Positions 51,850 through 64,000 of a stretch of DNA of 64,000 bases are shown piece after piece. Made by a program: the position numbers and the translations under genes. Positions within the stretch are counted from its first letter, which is position 1. Every line of letters begins with the position of its first letter. Source of the DNA: Callorhinchus milii (taxonomy: Eukaryota); NCBI RefSeq assembly GCF_018977255.1, contig NW_024704742.1:68140001-68204000 (forward strand), given 5' to 3'. Under the pieces are notes generated by a model. The model saw only the letters and a program-made list of their open reading frames with translations, made no database searches and was not told the DNA's origin.

Positions 51850-52437
51850 CATGCCACTTTATAAATCACTGGTGCGACCGCACTTGGACTACTGTTGCAG
51901 TTCTGGTTACCACAATATGAAAAGGATATTGTAGCAATTGAAAGGATTCAGAGGAGGGCAACAAAATGATTGAGGTGATGGAGGGATTGGACCACGAGGA
52001 GGGATTAGATAAACTAAGCATGTTCACACTGAAGAAGAGAAGGTTGAGAGGCGATATGATTGCAGTTCTTAAGATTCTGAAGGGACTGGATAATGTAGAC
52101 TATGATTAGTTTTATCTTGTACTGAACAGTAGATCCAGAGGACACGGCCTACGATTGAAGGGGGTAAATTTAGAACAAATCTGTGGAAACATTACTTCAG
52201 TGAGAGAGTAGTAAACTTATGGAACAGGCTCCCTTGGGAGAAAGCAGAAAGGGAAACAGAAAGTGTTGTTTGTTTCAAAACAAATTAAGATAGATTTCTG
52301 CTACAAAATAATATATCAGGATGCAGTATATGATTTGGGACACGACATGTCAAGTGACTGCCAGGATGGTAGAAGGCGAATTAGATGAACCTTGATCTTC
52401 TTTCGCCTAGCAAATTCTTATGTTCTTATGTTCTTAG
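51850..52437 (+). mobile_element. CR1 3' fragment, second subfamily
   Basis: ctttataaatcactggtgcgaccgcacttggactac (LYKSLVRPHLDY), with (TTCTTATG)n tail. Confidence 0.9.
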
Positions 52438-55400
52438 CTGTCGAACTGTCTGCTCAAATCCTATCCCCTGCTCTATCCCCAGATTTTTTGTACAGTATCT
52501 CCAATGTTTCAGGTGAATATCTAACATTATTTACAATAATTATTAATTGGCAATTTGCAGCTATGTTTCGCCCACAAAATACAATATATTACAATATATT
52601 CTGTGAAGTGCTTTGAGATGTCTCACTGACATGATAAGGTGCTGTATCAAATGCACATATTATTATTATTATTATTAATAATGCAATGCCCTGCACTCCC
52701 AGTCATGAGACTCGTACCCACAAGCTTCTGACTCAGAGGCGGGAGGGAATGCTAATATATAATAATAATAATAATCCTTGCATTTGATATAGCGCTTTTC
52801 ACGTCTTCTAGAAGTCTCAAAGCACTTCACAGAATAGACTGTAAAGTGAATTGCCTGTATATTTGTGGCCAAAACCTGGCAGACAATTGCACACAACAGT
52901 GTCCACAAACAGTCGTGGATTGAAGTAATCAATTTATTATTGTTTTTTTTTCTTGAGGGATTATTATCAGGCGTATGGAGTAAGGAAACTTGCCCAAGGT
53001 TTCAACCTGCCAGGAATCGAACCCAGGTCTCCCATTTGTGAGGCGAGCGCTCACCACTGAGCTACAGGACTCTAATATCTGAGCCAGGCTGACACTAGGG
53101 AGTCAGCTGCTGTTTATCTATGGTAAGTATTTTTATTCCACCTCCTTGCACACCAACAGGTGGTTTTCTTTCATTTAAAGATGCAGAGCTCCTGCTGTGT
53201 TGTTGAGACCCAGTGTTATACCCTGTTGATCTGTACACTGAGGCTGAATTGTAGCATTGAGTCTCAATATAAAAACAATGAACAACTCTCTTTCCAGACC
53301 CTTTCACTCTGGCTACAAAAATGCCTTCTCCCTCATCCCAGACTCTTCACTATCCCGTTTCCTCTGGCAGGCAATTAACACGTTACCACGGTGACTAAAA
53401 ACAAACATGGGCTCTCTGTCATATGTACAGTCCACAGCAGTTTTATAATGCAATGGACTCAAGGGTCTCATTAATGAAGCTCCTTAACACTGAACCATAT
53501 AATAACCGCTTTCAGGCTCCTGTGCTACTCAAGACTCCTTAACCTTCATATTTCTTTTGTTACTGCAGGTATCATTTGGCTCCCAGTCCTGGTCCCCCTC
53601 ACCCCACGCCATCGGCTGAAGGTGCTCAGCAATTCATGTGGTCCAATGCAAATTCTCTTTTGTTTTTTGGCCATCCAGGTGTCTGACATACGAAGGGAAC
53701 CTGGCACCATGTTTAGGAGTGTTCACACCAAACCAAATCATTCGCTCCACCTTGCCCCCCCCCCACCCCTTTCCAGCTCAGCACCTAAACTACATCACTG
53801 CACAGCGCTCAGATTCACGACCCCATGTGAACCCCACCTGAAATACAAGTTCTTGTTGTACTGAGAGTTGTACATACACATGGAAATTTTGGTTTAATAA
53901 CAATAATCCTTGCATTTGATACACAGCCTTTCACCTCAGGAGAAAGTCTCAAAGCAATTCACAGGATATTCTGTAAAATGTAGTGACTATATACTTTGTA
54001 GAGTTTCTCGCAGTGATGGCCACAAGCAGTCAGATGTCCTCCTGATGTGAAAGGCGCTGTAAGACTAGTTCATAAACCAGACAACCAAGACCACCACTCC
54101 CCATTCCATTGCCAAACATGTTACCTTGGAACCCGCCAAGGAGGATAGTTATTAGTTGATGGTTTGACATCCAACAAGCGCAGATTTGAGCCCTCACTAC
54201 GTGGACGGCAGCTGGTTAGACTCTTCAATACCCCAATGCACACTCTGGGTGCCCAAGCCTTGGCTCTTGCCAACCTGCGCCTAATACTTTCCAGAATTAG
54301 GTAAACAGGATGAGTCCCTCCAGGGAGAGAGCGCACATTCCATTCCAACAATCTATCTCTGGGATTTCCATGCTTATGTGGGATACATGGAAATCTCAGT
54401 TTGGTTTGGATTACTCTTAAATATGGAGATGGGTTTCCGAATGTATCAGACACCCGGCTGATTCTGCACCCCACCCCAAAAAATTTTTAATATAAAATAA
54501 TCTAGCTCTGTTAGCTGGTAGAAACACAAGTAGAAACCCACACGCTTCGATCAGAGACTTGAGCAGCCGCGCACATAGTACGTACAGTGTGCGCGTGACC
54601 AAGGAGCAAAGGGAGTGGCGCCCACCTAGCTGGGCAGAGTGAGGGAGTGTACCGGGGGGAGGGAGGAGTGTTCCCAATCTGGGTGGGTTCACTCTCAGGT
54701 GGGCGTATTTTTGTTGTCCTGTGTGTGGAAAAAAAACGGCTTTGGTTGGGTACTTAATTTCTTTAAAAAAATTGAAACCTGCAAACTGTATTTTGTTTCC
54801 CTCCTTTCAAGACCTTTTCTTACACAGTTTCAAAGCACTAACCTACTACAACAACAACTTGCATTTACATAGCGCTATTAACATGGGGCAGTGCCTTGGA
54901 GCAGTTAACAATGGCCCAGCCTGACGCCGAGCCTGGGGGAGGGAGTAGGTGACCATAAGAACAGTTGAAGAAGAAGGTCTTCAGTTGTGATCTAAAAGGA
55001 GGGGGCAAGGTGGAGGGATTGAGAGAGAGTTCCATAGCTTCGGGGGATAGTGGCTGAAAGCGAGGCCACCAATGGCGGAACGGAGGGAACGACAACAACA
55101 ACATTACATTTATAGCGCACCTTTCACGTCGGGAGGACATCCCAAGGCTCTGAAACGAGGGACAAGCAGGAGACGGGAGGCAGCACATAGTGGAGTGGAA
55201 GAAAGGAGGTCAGAAAGGTAGGGGAAAACTGTACAAGAACAATAACATTCCCAAACAGATCCACTCATCAGCGAAACACAGCTAATAATCCAACTCACAT
55301 CTCCAGTACTGCCAGCAGCAGCAATTGTGGTGAGCTTGTTTTTTTATATATATGAGTGTAAGGGCGGATTTGGTTTACAGAAATATGGTCACCCTATATA

Positions 55401-55639
55401 TTGGGCTACTTTTGGGGCTAGTGTTTGGTGAACTTTGAGCTACAAAAAAAGATTTGAATTTCTGGCAAAGCCCCAGTGTCTCCCAAGCAAGCAGTGATAG
55501 GCTGTCTGACTGCTCAGAGGCAGGGCTCAGCCTCAGAACAGCAGCTCAGCTGTTGCCCGCAGATGTGAATGTCCAAAAAAGACATATTTGCCTTTTGCCA
55601 CAGTCACTTCCTCGCTCCCCTTCTTCCTCTTGCTCTCAG

Positions 55640-55659
55640 CCTCACCATGTCCCTGGACG
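55640..55659 (+). other. Candidate exon end with ATG (MSLD, phase 1)
   Basis: CACCATGTCCCTGGACG|GTATGT in unique, promoter-like sequence. Confidence 0.3.
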
Positions 55660-56325
55660 GTATGTCTCTCTCTCTCTCTCTCCCTTTTTATTGCTGTGTG
55701 TGAATTGATTTGCCTTTGATAGGGTAGCGGCTGCTGCAGAGGTCAGCTGCAAGCACAACACGGGGCGTTTAAGAAAGAAGCGGAAAATCGCATGTGCTTT
55801 CGTTGCATCCTAGAGAGAGAGAGAGAGAATAGCAGCATCAATTCCGTCTGGATGCATTGCACTGGGAGAGAAGGTTGCAAGGCGTCCGATGGTTAGAGCA
55901 GGAGGTACAATATATGCATATATATGTATATATTATATGACACTTGCTGTGAAATCAATTGCAGATGTATTTTTTGTTTAACTTGCATACTTTAACCCTT
56001 TCCCCCTCGTGACTTCATGCAGTAGTTGGAATGATTTCTGAGCAGAATTTGCAACCTTATCGCATGATGTGAAATGGATAAGGTGCCTTGCCCTGCAAAC
56101 TGACTATATGTGTGTGTGAACGTGATCTGGGTTTAAGTTGGTGTTCAAGCTGCTCTCCACTTTGTCCTCACGAACAAGGGGATTTGGGGGCATTGTTACT
56201 ATTTTCAAAAATCCTTTTTGTTGTTGTAATAACAAAAAATATATGCTTTTTGTTATTATCATGTTATTAACCCAAATAATATTTTTGTCCAAAACAAAAT
56301 TACATTTCTGCCTCTTTTTTTTCAG

Positions 56326-56393
56326 GAGGCTGAGTGCATTTTACCAGGCTTTAGAGCCAGTTAGTGATCTTGCTGAAGGCGTTTGCATTTGAG
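56326..56393 (+). other. Candidate 68-nt non-coding (UTR) exon
   Basis: Strong acceptor ctgcctcttttttttcag|, weaker donor GAG|GTTGGC, stops in all frames. Confidence 0.35.
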
Positions 56394-56534
56394 GTTGGCA
56401 TTTGAGAGCATCTGTGTGTATGTATGTGTGTTCCCACGGCAGGTTTTTCTCTGCGCAAAGACACACACACATTGACACTGAACTGATGTGTTTCTGGGTG
56501 TTTATGTTCGGGGAAGAGAGGGGGAGAAGAGAGC

Positions 56535-56770
56535 TGTGACTGAATTTGGGGAGAGGGAAATTCTGACTGAATTTGGGGAGAGTGAAATTCTGACTGAATT
56601 TGGGGAGAAGGAGATTCTGACCGAAATGAGAGAGGAGGATTTTGAATGAATTGAAAGAAAGGAAGATTTTGACTGAATTGAGAGAGGAATTTTGATTGAA
56701 TTTTGATTGAATTGAGAGAGAAAGATTCTGACTGAATTGGGAAAGAGTGGAAGATTTTGACTGAATTAGA
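56535..56770. repeat. Degenerate minisatellite (~26-30 bp unit, core TGACTGAATT)
   Basis: About eight copies of ttctgactgaatt(t)g..gagag. Confidence 0.85.
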
Positions 56771-59699
56771 ACCCATCTTGTAATTGAATGGAGACACAGA
56801 CTTTTTGTTGGTCTGTGTGCCTAGATAATATATTGTGGTGTGTGTGGAGGTGGGGGGGGGAGTGAACACAAAGAGAACCCAAATTAATTGATGTAAAAGT
56901 AGCGCAGCGACAGATTCAAGTATTGAGTGAAATGAATACATGGAACAGACTGAGGATGTGAGTGAAGGAGAACTGAGGAGTGGGTCGGAGAAAGGTTTTC
57001 AAACAGAGGGTTTTTAAGATCATGGAGAGTGCTTCGCTGTAAAATGTCAGGATTGGTTAGGATGAAGAAGGCCCTTCGGCCCATCCGATCTCAACCTTCC
57101 AGAACACTCATCCTCCCATCACACCCACCTCCGCCCCGCGACACATAGATGAGACCGAGTATCCTGGCTTCTACCACTTTTCCTGGCTAAAAAATCTGTC
57201 TGCATGTTCCAACCCATTTGCAGAGTTTTAACACAATATAATAATAATATAGTTTCTGGTCAGCCAGTTGTCTGACATGTGTGAAAAACCATCACCATGC
57301 TTTAGACTAATAATAATCTTTGCCTTCAATATAGTACCTTATCACATTGTCGAAATGGCTCAAAGCATTTCACAGAATACAGTAAAGTGGATTTACTGTG
57401 CATTTTATGGGTGAAATGCAGCAGCCAATTGCACACGGCAATGTTCCACAAACATCCATGGAGTGAGTATCCGATTTTATTTTGGGGATTGTTGGCCAGG
57501 ACACCGGGAGAGAGAAACTCCCTTCTCTTTTCGAATAGTGCCATGGGGTCTTTAATGCCCACCTGAACAGGCAGATGGGACCTTGCTTTAATGTCTCATC
57601 CGAAGATTTCACATCTCTTCAGGCCACAGTTAGAATAGTTAGCATCACTGCCTAGTGCTTGAAGTTCAACGATCCCACTGACCTCCTGAGTGCTAACTTT
57701 TACTCCCTCTCCCCCAGTCCCAATGCTGTCTCCCACCCAGTCATTCCAAAGTTCCTCATTAAACTGCTGCTGCACCTGTGTAAGAGACTGAGAGCAGAGA
57801 ATTTGTGGTGCTTCTGTATCCCGGTGCTGTTCTTCAAATCAGTCTGGTGTCCTTGTTTTAAGGGCCTGGTCCAGCCTTCCCGGTAAACAATACCAGCTAA
57901 TGGTCATCCTCTGTACAAAGGAACACTTCCCAGTATCTGTCCTGTTTGTGAAACATTGGTGTACGTAAATTGGCTGCCGCATTCACCTACAAACAATACA
58001 CTTAGTAAGAATATTAATAATCCTTGCATTTGATATAGCGCCTTATCACATCGTTGAGACGTTTCAAAGTGTTTCACAGAATATTACTGTTAATTGAATT
58101 GACTGTATATTTGTGGGCAAAATACACTTTACAGTATATGCTGTGAATGGCTTTAAGATGTCCTTCCCCATGTGAAACCGCGATCAATTTTTATTATCCT
58201 GTTTCGCATCTTAAATACCTCCATTGGGTCCCCTCTGAAAATGTCCCTTTTGAGGTCCTAGTGTATCTAGTTATTCCTTATAGCTCATCCATTTAATGTG
58301 TGTGTGGGGGGGGGGGGGGGGAGGGGGAGGGTTAATGAGCTTCATTCCTCTCATCTGCAGTGCCTCCAGGGTCTGGATGCCTCTCTTATGTCTCAGCGAC
58401 CAGAGTTGCACACATATTTGCACTCATTAGTGCATTTATTTTCAATAAGATTGAAATCGAATTAGTCAGTTGAAAACTCATTAACCCTTACTGTAAAATC
58501 TTGCCCTGTAGTAGTTGTTGTGCTGTAATCCACATGCAGCTGATGTAATTGCAATGTGCCATTCTTTCCCGTGCTCTGTGAATGTAGATTATCATAGATA
58601 CAGCCTCTCATCCAAATTTGGAACCATGCTGATATTCCATGTATTAGCAACAACAACAAATTTTACATTTGTATAATGCCTTCCAAGTCGAGAGGACGTC
58701 CCAAGGTGCTTGGAGTGATGAGCCAATGCCGAGATGTGACATATTTCTCAACTGGTCAACATCATCTAATAGTTGATGTCATCAAATGACATTGACGTTA
58801 ATAATAATCCTTGCATTTGATATAGCTCCTTATCGCGTCGTCAAGACATCTCAAAGGGTTTCGCAAGATATATTGTAAAGTGCAGTGACTGTGTATTTTG
58901 TGGGCGAAATGCGGCAGCCAATTGTGCACTGCATTGGATTAGGTGATTCCAAGTCCCAATGTGGGGTTTGAACCCACAGACTTCTGATTCAGAGTCAAAA
59001 GTGCTACCAACTGAGCCAGATTGACACTTTCTGCTCAAATCCCGATCTCTGGTGTCATATTATACTTGTGTTCAATGAAATAAGGGATGAGAATCGCAGG
59101 GAAACGAGAATACAAATCTCACTCGTTCAGAGTCGGCACAGTCGTGGCCTGTCGAATGTCCTTTTAATGGGCTGTAAATTTCTATTTACTCTTAATAGAC
59201 TTTGTCAGGATCCCAAGGGATCTGAGGTCTCTCTTGTGTTTGCTGCCCGGTTGACTTTTTGAAGAGGCAAATGCATTGCGTAAAGCTCTGAACTGAATAT
59301 TACTGTCCCTGAGTTAATAATGAAGAATAAACAAGTGCACAAGTGATCTCGCTGCACTTACTCCCTAGATTGCTAAGTTATTTATGCACTATCTTTGCAG
59401 CAAATTGTAAAGTCAGTGTGAAAAGCCTTGCTGCTTCCCTGGGCAGTCTATTCTAGTTACACACTACACCCTGTGCGTAACTAGAATAGACCAATGCAGA
59501 TTGGTGATTAATGAGTATACAATTTGGTGGGTTAGGGGAAAAGATTAACCTGAACTGATCCCTGAGAGATTCTGCACAGAGCTGTTGATAACTGTGTGTC
59601 AGTACATCTGAACTGTCTCTGCACCTTCCCTGTTCTGTGTTTGACCTTCCCTGTCCCTTGTTCTTCACTATATCAAATGCAAGTAAGGTTTAATTGATA

Positions 59700-59877
59700 C
59701 AGTAAACTCCTGATAAATTGCAACTCTAAGGGAAAAGGGCTGAGTGATGAGTTATCTGGGGTGACAAGTTAGGTGTGTCTATAAATACGTAAATCAATGC
59801 AACCAGGATATTGACAGCGTGATGACTTGAGCGATAGTAACAATTTAAGCCAGGGTCAGGTTATCAGGAGTTTAGTG
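59700..59877. mobile_element. 178-bp Tigger/pogo-like MITE
   Basis: TA-CAGTAAACTCCTGATAA ... TTATCAGGAGTTTAGTG-TA: 17-bp TIRs with 1 mismatch. Confidence 0.8.
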
Positions 59878-62800
59878 TATAAGGTATGATACTGGTGGAA
59901 TAATATAGGGGCATGTAATGATAGGATACTGGTGTCATAGTATATTTATCCCTGGAGAACCCTGATTTGATTAATTCATATGTTTGTGTGCATTAATCTG
60001 TGCACAGGTGTATTGTGTTTCTCCCACATTGAGGCTATTTTTAATATCTTGTTTCTTTCATTTCGAGTCCAGTTTGACTGCAGTTTCGTAGCTGGACATC
60101 CTATGAGTAATTTTAAACAAGTAATAATGAATGATAATACATGCAGATTGGTGATTAATGAGTACACGATTTGGTGGGTTAGGGGAAAAGATTAACCTAA
60201 ACTAATCCCCGAGAGATTCTGCACAGTGCTATTAATAAACTCCATTAAAATGGCTTCTGTGTGCTCTTTTTTAAAACAAATTGTCTGTAAACAGACACAT
60301 ACTTTAAAAAGCTTCAGCCTTGATCTCAGCATCCTCTTATAGCCCAGCGGGTAAAAACATCAGTGGGAGAAGCAAATCCTCAGACTCCAGAGTATTTTTT
60401 GAGTCAGCCAGATGTCCGACACATATGGAAACTCATCATTAAGAGCATCCAAATTCTAGAGCATGGCAATGGATTCCAGACACCTGTCTGACCAAAAAAA
60501 GTTTCAAGGTGAGCAGAGCAGGTAATAAAGGAACAGATTTTGTTATTTATTATTGAACACTTATTTGCTCATTTTGGTTTGGTAGATCAGGTGTCTGATA
60601 CATCAATGTGTTTACGAGTGTCCAAACCAGAGTTCCACCTATGTCTGCCATCTACACATGGAAATTTCCCTGTGTCTGAAATGGAACACATAATCTCTCA
60701 CTGGAGGGGTGCACCCTGCTTACCTATATCTGGGGAGTATTAGGTGCAGGTTGGCAAAAGTCGAGGCTTTTGGACCCCAGAGTGTAAGATGGGGTATTGC
60801 TGGAGTTTAACCAGCTAAAAATGCTTAGCTTTTTTTCACTGCTGTCAGTGACTGGTCAGCTGCTCCAAATCCTGCCTATGAGCTAGGCTGGCTTGTCTAG
60901 CATCAGTATTGCTCTGGAGTACTGCAGTTCTGTCTCATTCAGGAAATGAAATTCTGAGACTGCCACAAAGGGTGGACTCAATTCTGACATTCAGTTGCCA
61001 AGCATGTCACCTTGAAGCTAGCTCAGTTCCAAGGAGACCCACTTACCTCCCGCTTAAGGAGAATTGCTTATTGCTAATTAACTATTGCTGTTTGTTAATT
61101 AACATAGATATTTACAGTAAAAATACATTCATTTCATGCCCTTCATGTCAGGTCCAAACAATTTAAGCAGATGACTGTGAACCCGTGTTGGGGGCGGGGG
61201 GTGGGGGGTGGGAGAGACTGATGAGGCTGTGAAGCAGGAGGAAAATGATCCAAAGTGCAGTCAGAGAGGTAAGTCTCGAGGCAGGCTTTAAAAGTGGGGA
61301 AGGTGGGGCAAGTCAGAGAGACTTCGAGATGGATTTTCAGAAAGATGGGATAGAATGGCTGAAAGCTCGCTGACCAATTGTAGAGGGCAGGCTTGAGACA
61401 GACATGTTAGCTGAGAGGAGGGAACGGTCGGTAGGGTTGCAGGAGGTCACAGAGCTAGGATTCTTTCATCTATTTCTCTCTCCCTATTCTGTGTTTGCTT
61501 TTTGTCTGTATCCAGCTTCTTGCATCCAAATGTAATTACCAGCATGATGTCAAGCTTGTGGAAGTCATGTGATGAGTTATTTTGTTGGTTTAAAATGATA
61601 ATCGTGTCACACTGGATTCTTTACCATTTCCATCAAAGGTGTAATCGGTGCCACAAAAACAATTTATAATATTTGTTTGTATTTGTTATAGCGCTTCATG
61701 ACGTCGCTGAGACATCTCAAAGTGCTTCATAGTCTACATTTTAGTGGAGTGACTGTATTTTATGGGAGAAATATGACAGCCAGTTGCACACAGCAGTGTC
61801 CCACAAACAGTCATGAAGTGACTGATTAATTTTATTTGGGGGATTTTTGACCAGGACACCGGGAGAAACTCCCCTCTCTTTTTGAACAGTGTCATGGAGT
61901 CTTTAACATCTGAAATCTCTGACAACGCAGCATCAACGCCAGCCCCCCCCCCCCCCCCCCCCGCCACTCCCACCTGCATCTCAGCAATGCATTAGAGTGT
62001 CAGCTTAGGCTATGTGATTCCAAGTCTCAATGTGGGGTTTGATTCCATATTTAATTTATACAGCACCTTTCACATCGGTAGGATGCCTCAGAATGTTTCC
62101 CACACCTGACTGGGCACCCAAACCTGGGGGGATGGCAGCAGGTGAAGCTGAGTAAGGTCGGAATTGGGGAAAACATGAACAAAAACACGGTCGAAAAGAC
62201 AGGTCTTGAATCTATAATCTTAAATATATAGGTCTTAGATACACTGTCAAACCTTTGCAGGTCATTCTCAGTCAGCGCAGGTCTTTCAGAGAGTGACAGG
62301 CAAGTGTCTGGATCATCTTCTGTGATGTGAGCCTGGCAGAAGATCAATATGCAGACAGCGTACACCAAACACCGAAGCCAAAGAGCTTCCAGTGCCTTGG
62401 TGAAATCAAATGCAATGAAACCAGAGCTGTCAATATTTTGCGCTTGCAGACGGATTTCAAAGTCACTGTTTGCCCCCATCTTGAATGGGGTTAAAGCTGG
62501 TGTCAGCTTGGCTCAGGTGGTAGCTCTCACTCCACTGGACCAGAAGATTGTAGGTTTGAGCCCCGCAGTGGGACTTGAGCTCCAAGTCTGGGCTGACACT
62601 CCTGTGCGGGCCTGGGGGAGCATTGCTTTGTCAGAGGTGCTGTTCCGATTTGGGTTGAGATGTTAACCTTTTTAGGTGAAGGTTACGTTCAAAAATAGAC
62701 CTGCTTTGAGGTGCTCTACCTATGTAGCACTATGTAAATTATTGGTTAGTTATGGGTTGGGTGCCAGATTTCTTTAACAATATGCTACAAATTTACATTT

Positions 62801-63635
62801 ATACCACACCTTTTGTGTGAGGAAGACATCCCAGGGCACTTAACAGTTCTGTCTTGACACTTGAACTGTGTTGGGAGCCGAGGGGTTTGCAGAAGGGAAA
62901 GATGGCTGAAAATCCAGTAAAAGAGATAGATCCTGAGATGAAACTTCAAAGAGGTGTGATGGGGGATGGGGGTGGGACTCCATGTCGGAGTTCCAGAGAG
63001 TGGAGGCAGATAGGTTTCAAACCTGACTCATCCTGCTTACTTAATTCCGTAAAATATTAGGCATAGGTTGGCTAGAACCAAGGCTTGGGGATTCCAGAGT
63101 GTACATTGGAGTACTGCTGGAGTCCAAGCAGCTAAAACCGCATAGCCTACCTTTGAGAGCAGTGATCTGGAACGCTACCTCCTCATGAGGGGAGCTACAT
63201 AAATACAAGTTGTTGTTGGCAAACCTTACCACTGCTTGTCCAGCTAGGACCACCCTAACTGTTAGGTTGTGTGTTGCAAGGGTTAACAGGAGCTGAGTGG
63301 GATGACTCCCTGCCCCCAGTGACTGCTCAGCCCTTCGAAGTCCAGCCGATGAGCCAGGCAGGCTGTGCTGTCATCGGCAGTGCCCTGGGGTATAACATAA
63401 ATCCAGAGGCTGTAAATCCTCTAAAAATGTATCTCTTTTGGGAAGCAGATGGCATTGGGATACTCAGCAGTTATTAATCAGTGATCTCTGAATTCTCTGT
63501 GGCAATTCACAGTTGTGGATTTTTTGGGGAAATGCATGTAAATGAATTTCAGCAGAATTGTTTCCAACTACTACACAATATGATGATGTGACTGCTCTCA
63601 AAACAGTACAGAATCAATTCTGTGGATTTGTGGTG

Positions 63636-63990
63636 TCAGCCTGGCTCAGTTGGTAGCACACTCACCTCTGGGTCAGAAGGTTGTGTGTTCAAGCACCAAG
63701 TTGGGACTTAGATCTCACATAATCCAAGCTGACACTCCTGTGCAGTGCTGGGGGGAGCGCAGCAAAGGTCCCATCCTTCATATAAGATGTTAAACTGAGG
63801 TCCCATCTGCCTGTTCAGTTGAACGTTAAAGATCCCTCAGCGCTATTGCAAAACAGAAGGAAGTTTCTCATGGTGTCCTGGCCAACAATCCTTAAGATAA
63901 ATTGGTCATTCGCTTTATGGCTGTTTAGGGGTCCCTGCTATGCACAAAACGGCTGTTATGTTTGCCAACAAACACAGTCATTACACAACA
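63636..63990 (+). mobile_element. DeuSINE-type SINE family B. Other copies: ~17680-17925(-), 24180-24480(-), 32990-33290(+), 34125-34325(+), 41080-41513(-), 47968-48350(+), 51320-51720(+), 57308-57605(-), 61680-62045(-)
   Basis: tRNA-like head gcctggctcagttggtagca...gttcaagc. Deu-domain-like gatgttaaactgaggtccc.tctgcctgttcag.tg.acgttaaagatccc...ggtgtcctggccaac, then the tail shared with family A. Confidence 0.8.
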
Positions 63991-64000
63991 ATAACTTGTG

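Noticed and set aside
53552..53690. Acceptor-like ttcttttgttactgcag as partner for the 48.9 kb exon
   Set aside because: No convincing donor; the frame runs into a repeat and the peptide is unrecognisable.
56535..56770. Regularly spaced repeats resembling a CRISPR array
   Set aside because: Degenerate units without unique spacers, no cas genes, eukaryotic context.
56351..56941. 196-aa ORF with SPQIQSEF repeats
   Set aside because: Produced by the minisatellite; no supporting gene structure.

Overview
Eukaryotic, repeat-dense vertebrate DNA. The repeat set (L2/CR1 LINEs with (GTT)n tails, DeuSINE-type and tRNA-Ala-like SINEs, Penelope-type fragments) suggests a cartilaginous fish; this is inference. 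By eye, most of the window is transposable-element debris, and nearly all long ORFs are L2/CR1 ORF2 fragments or their antisense/shifted frames. I found no host protein-coding gene I can name. The unique sequence between repeats carries several promoter-like/first-exon-like segments on + (about 2.1, 10.6, 21.9, 48.9, 54.6 and 55.5-56.4 kb) and two candidate exons on - (0.3 and 1.65 kb). This fits the long 5' region of a multi-promoter gene, possibly head-to-head with another transcript. The best observations are: Penelope-type mini-insertions with a minimal hammerhead-ribozyme core and exact TSDs; two L2 copies with complementary deletions; an L2 tail interleaved with copied target sequence; repeated L2 insertion into SINEs; two SINE families sharing one tail; an unclassified ~470-bp repeat ending in stem-loop plus A-run; two Tigger/pogo-like MITEs; and two long hairpins. 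I did not find evidence of a new multi-gene system. Repeat boundaries were judged by eye and are approximate unless a TSD/TIR is quoted.
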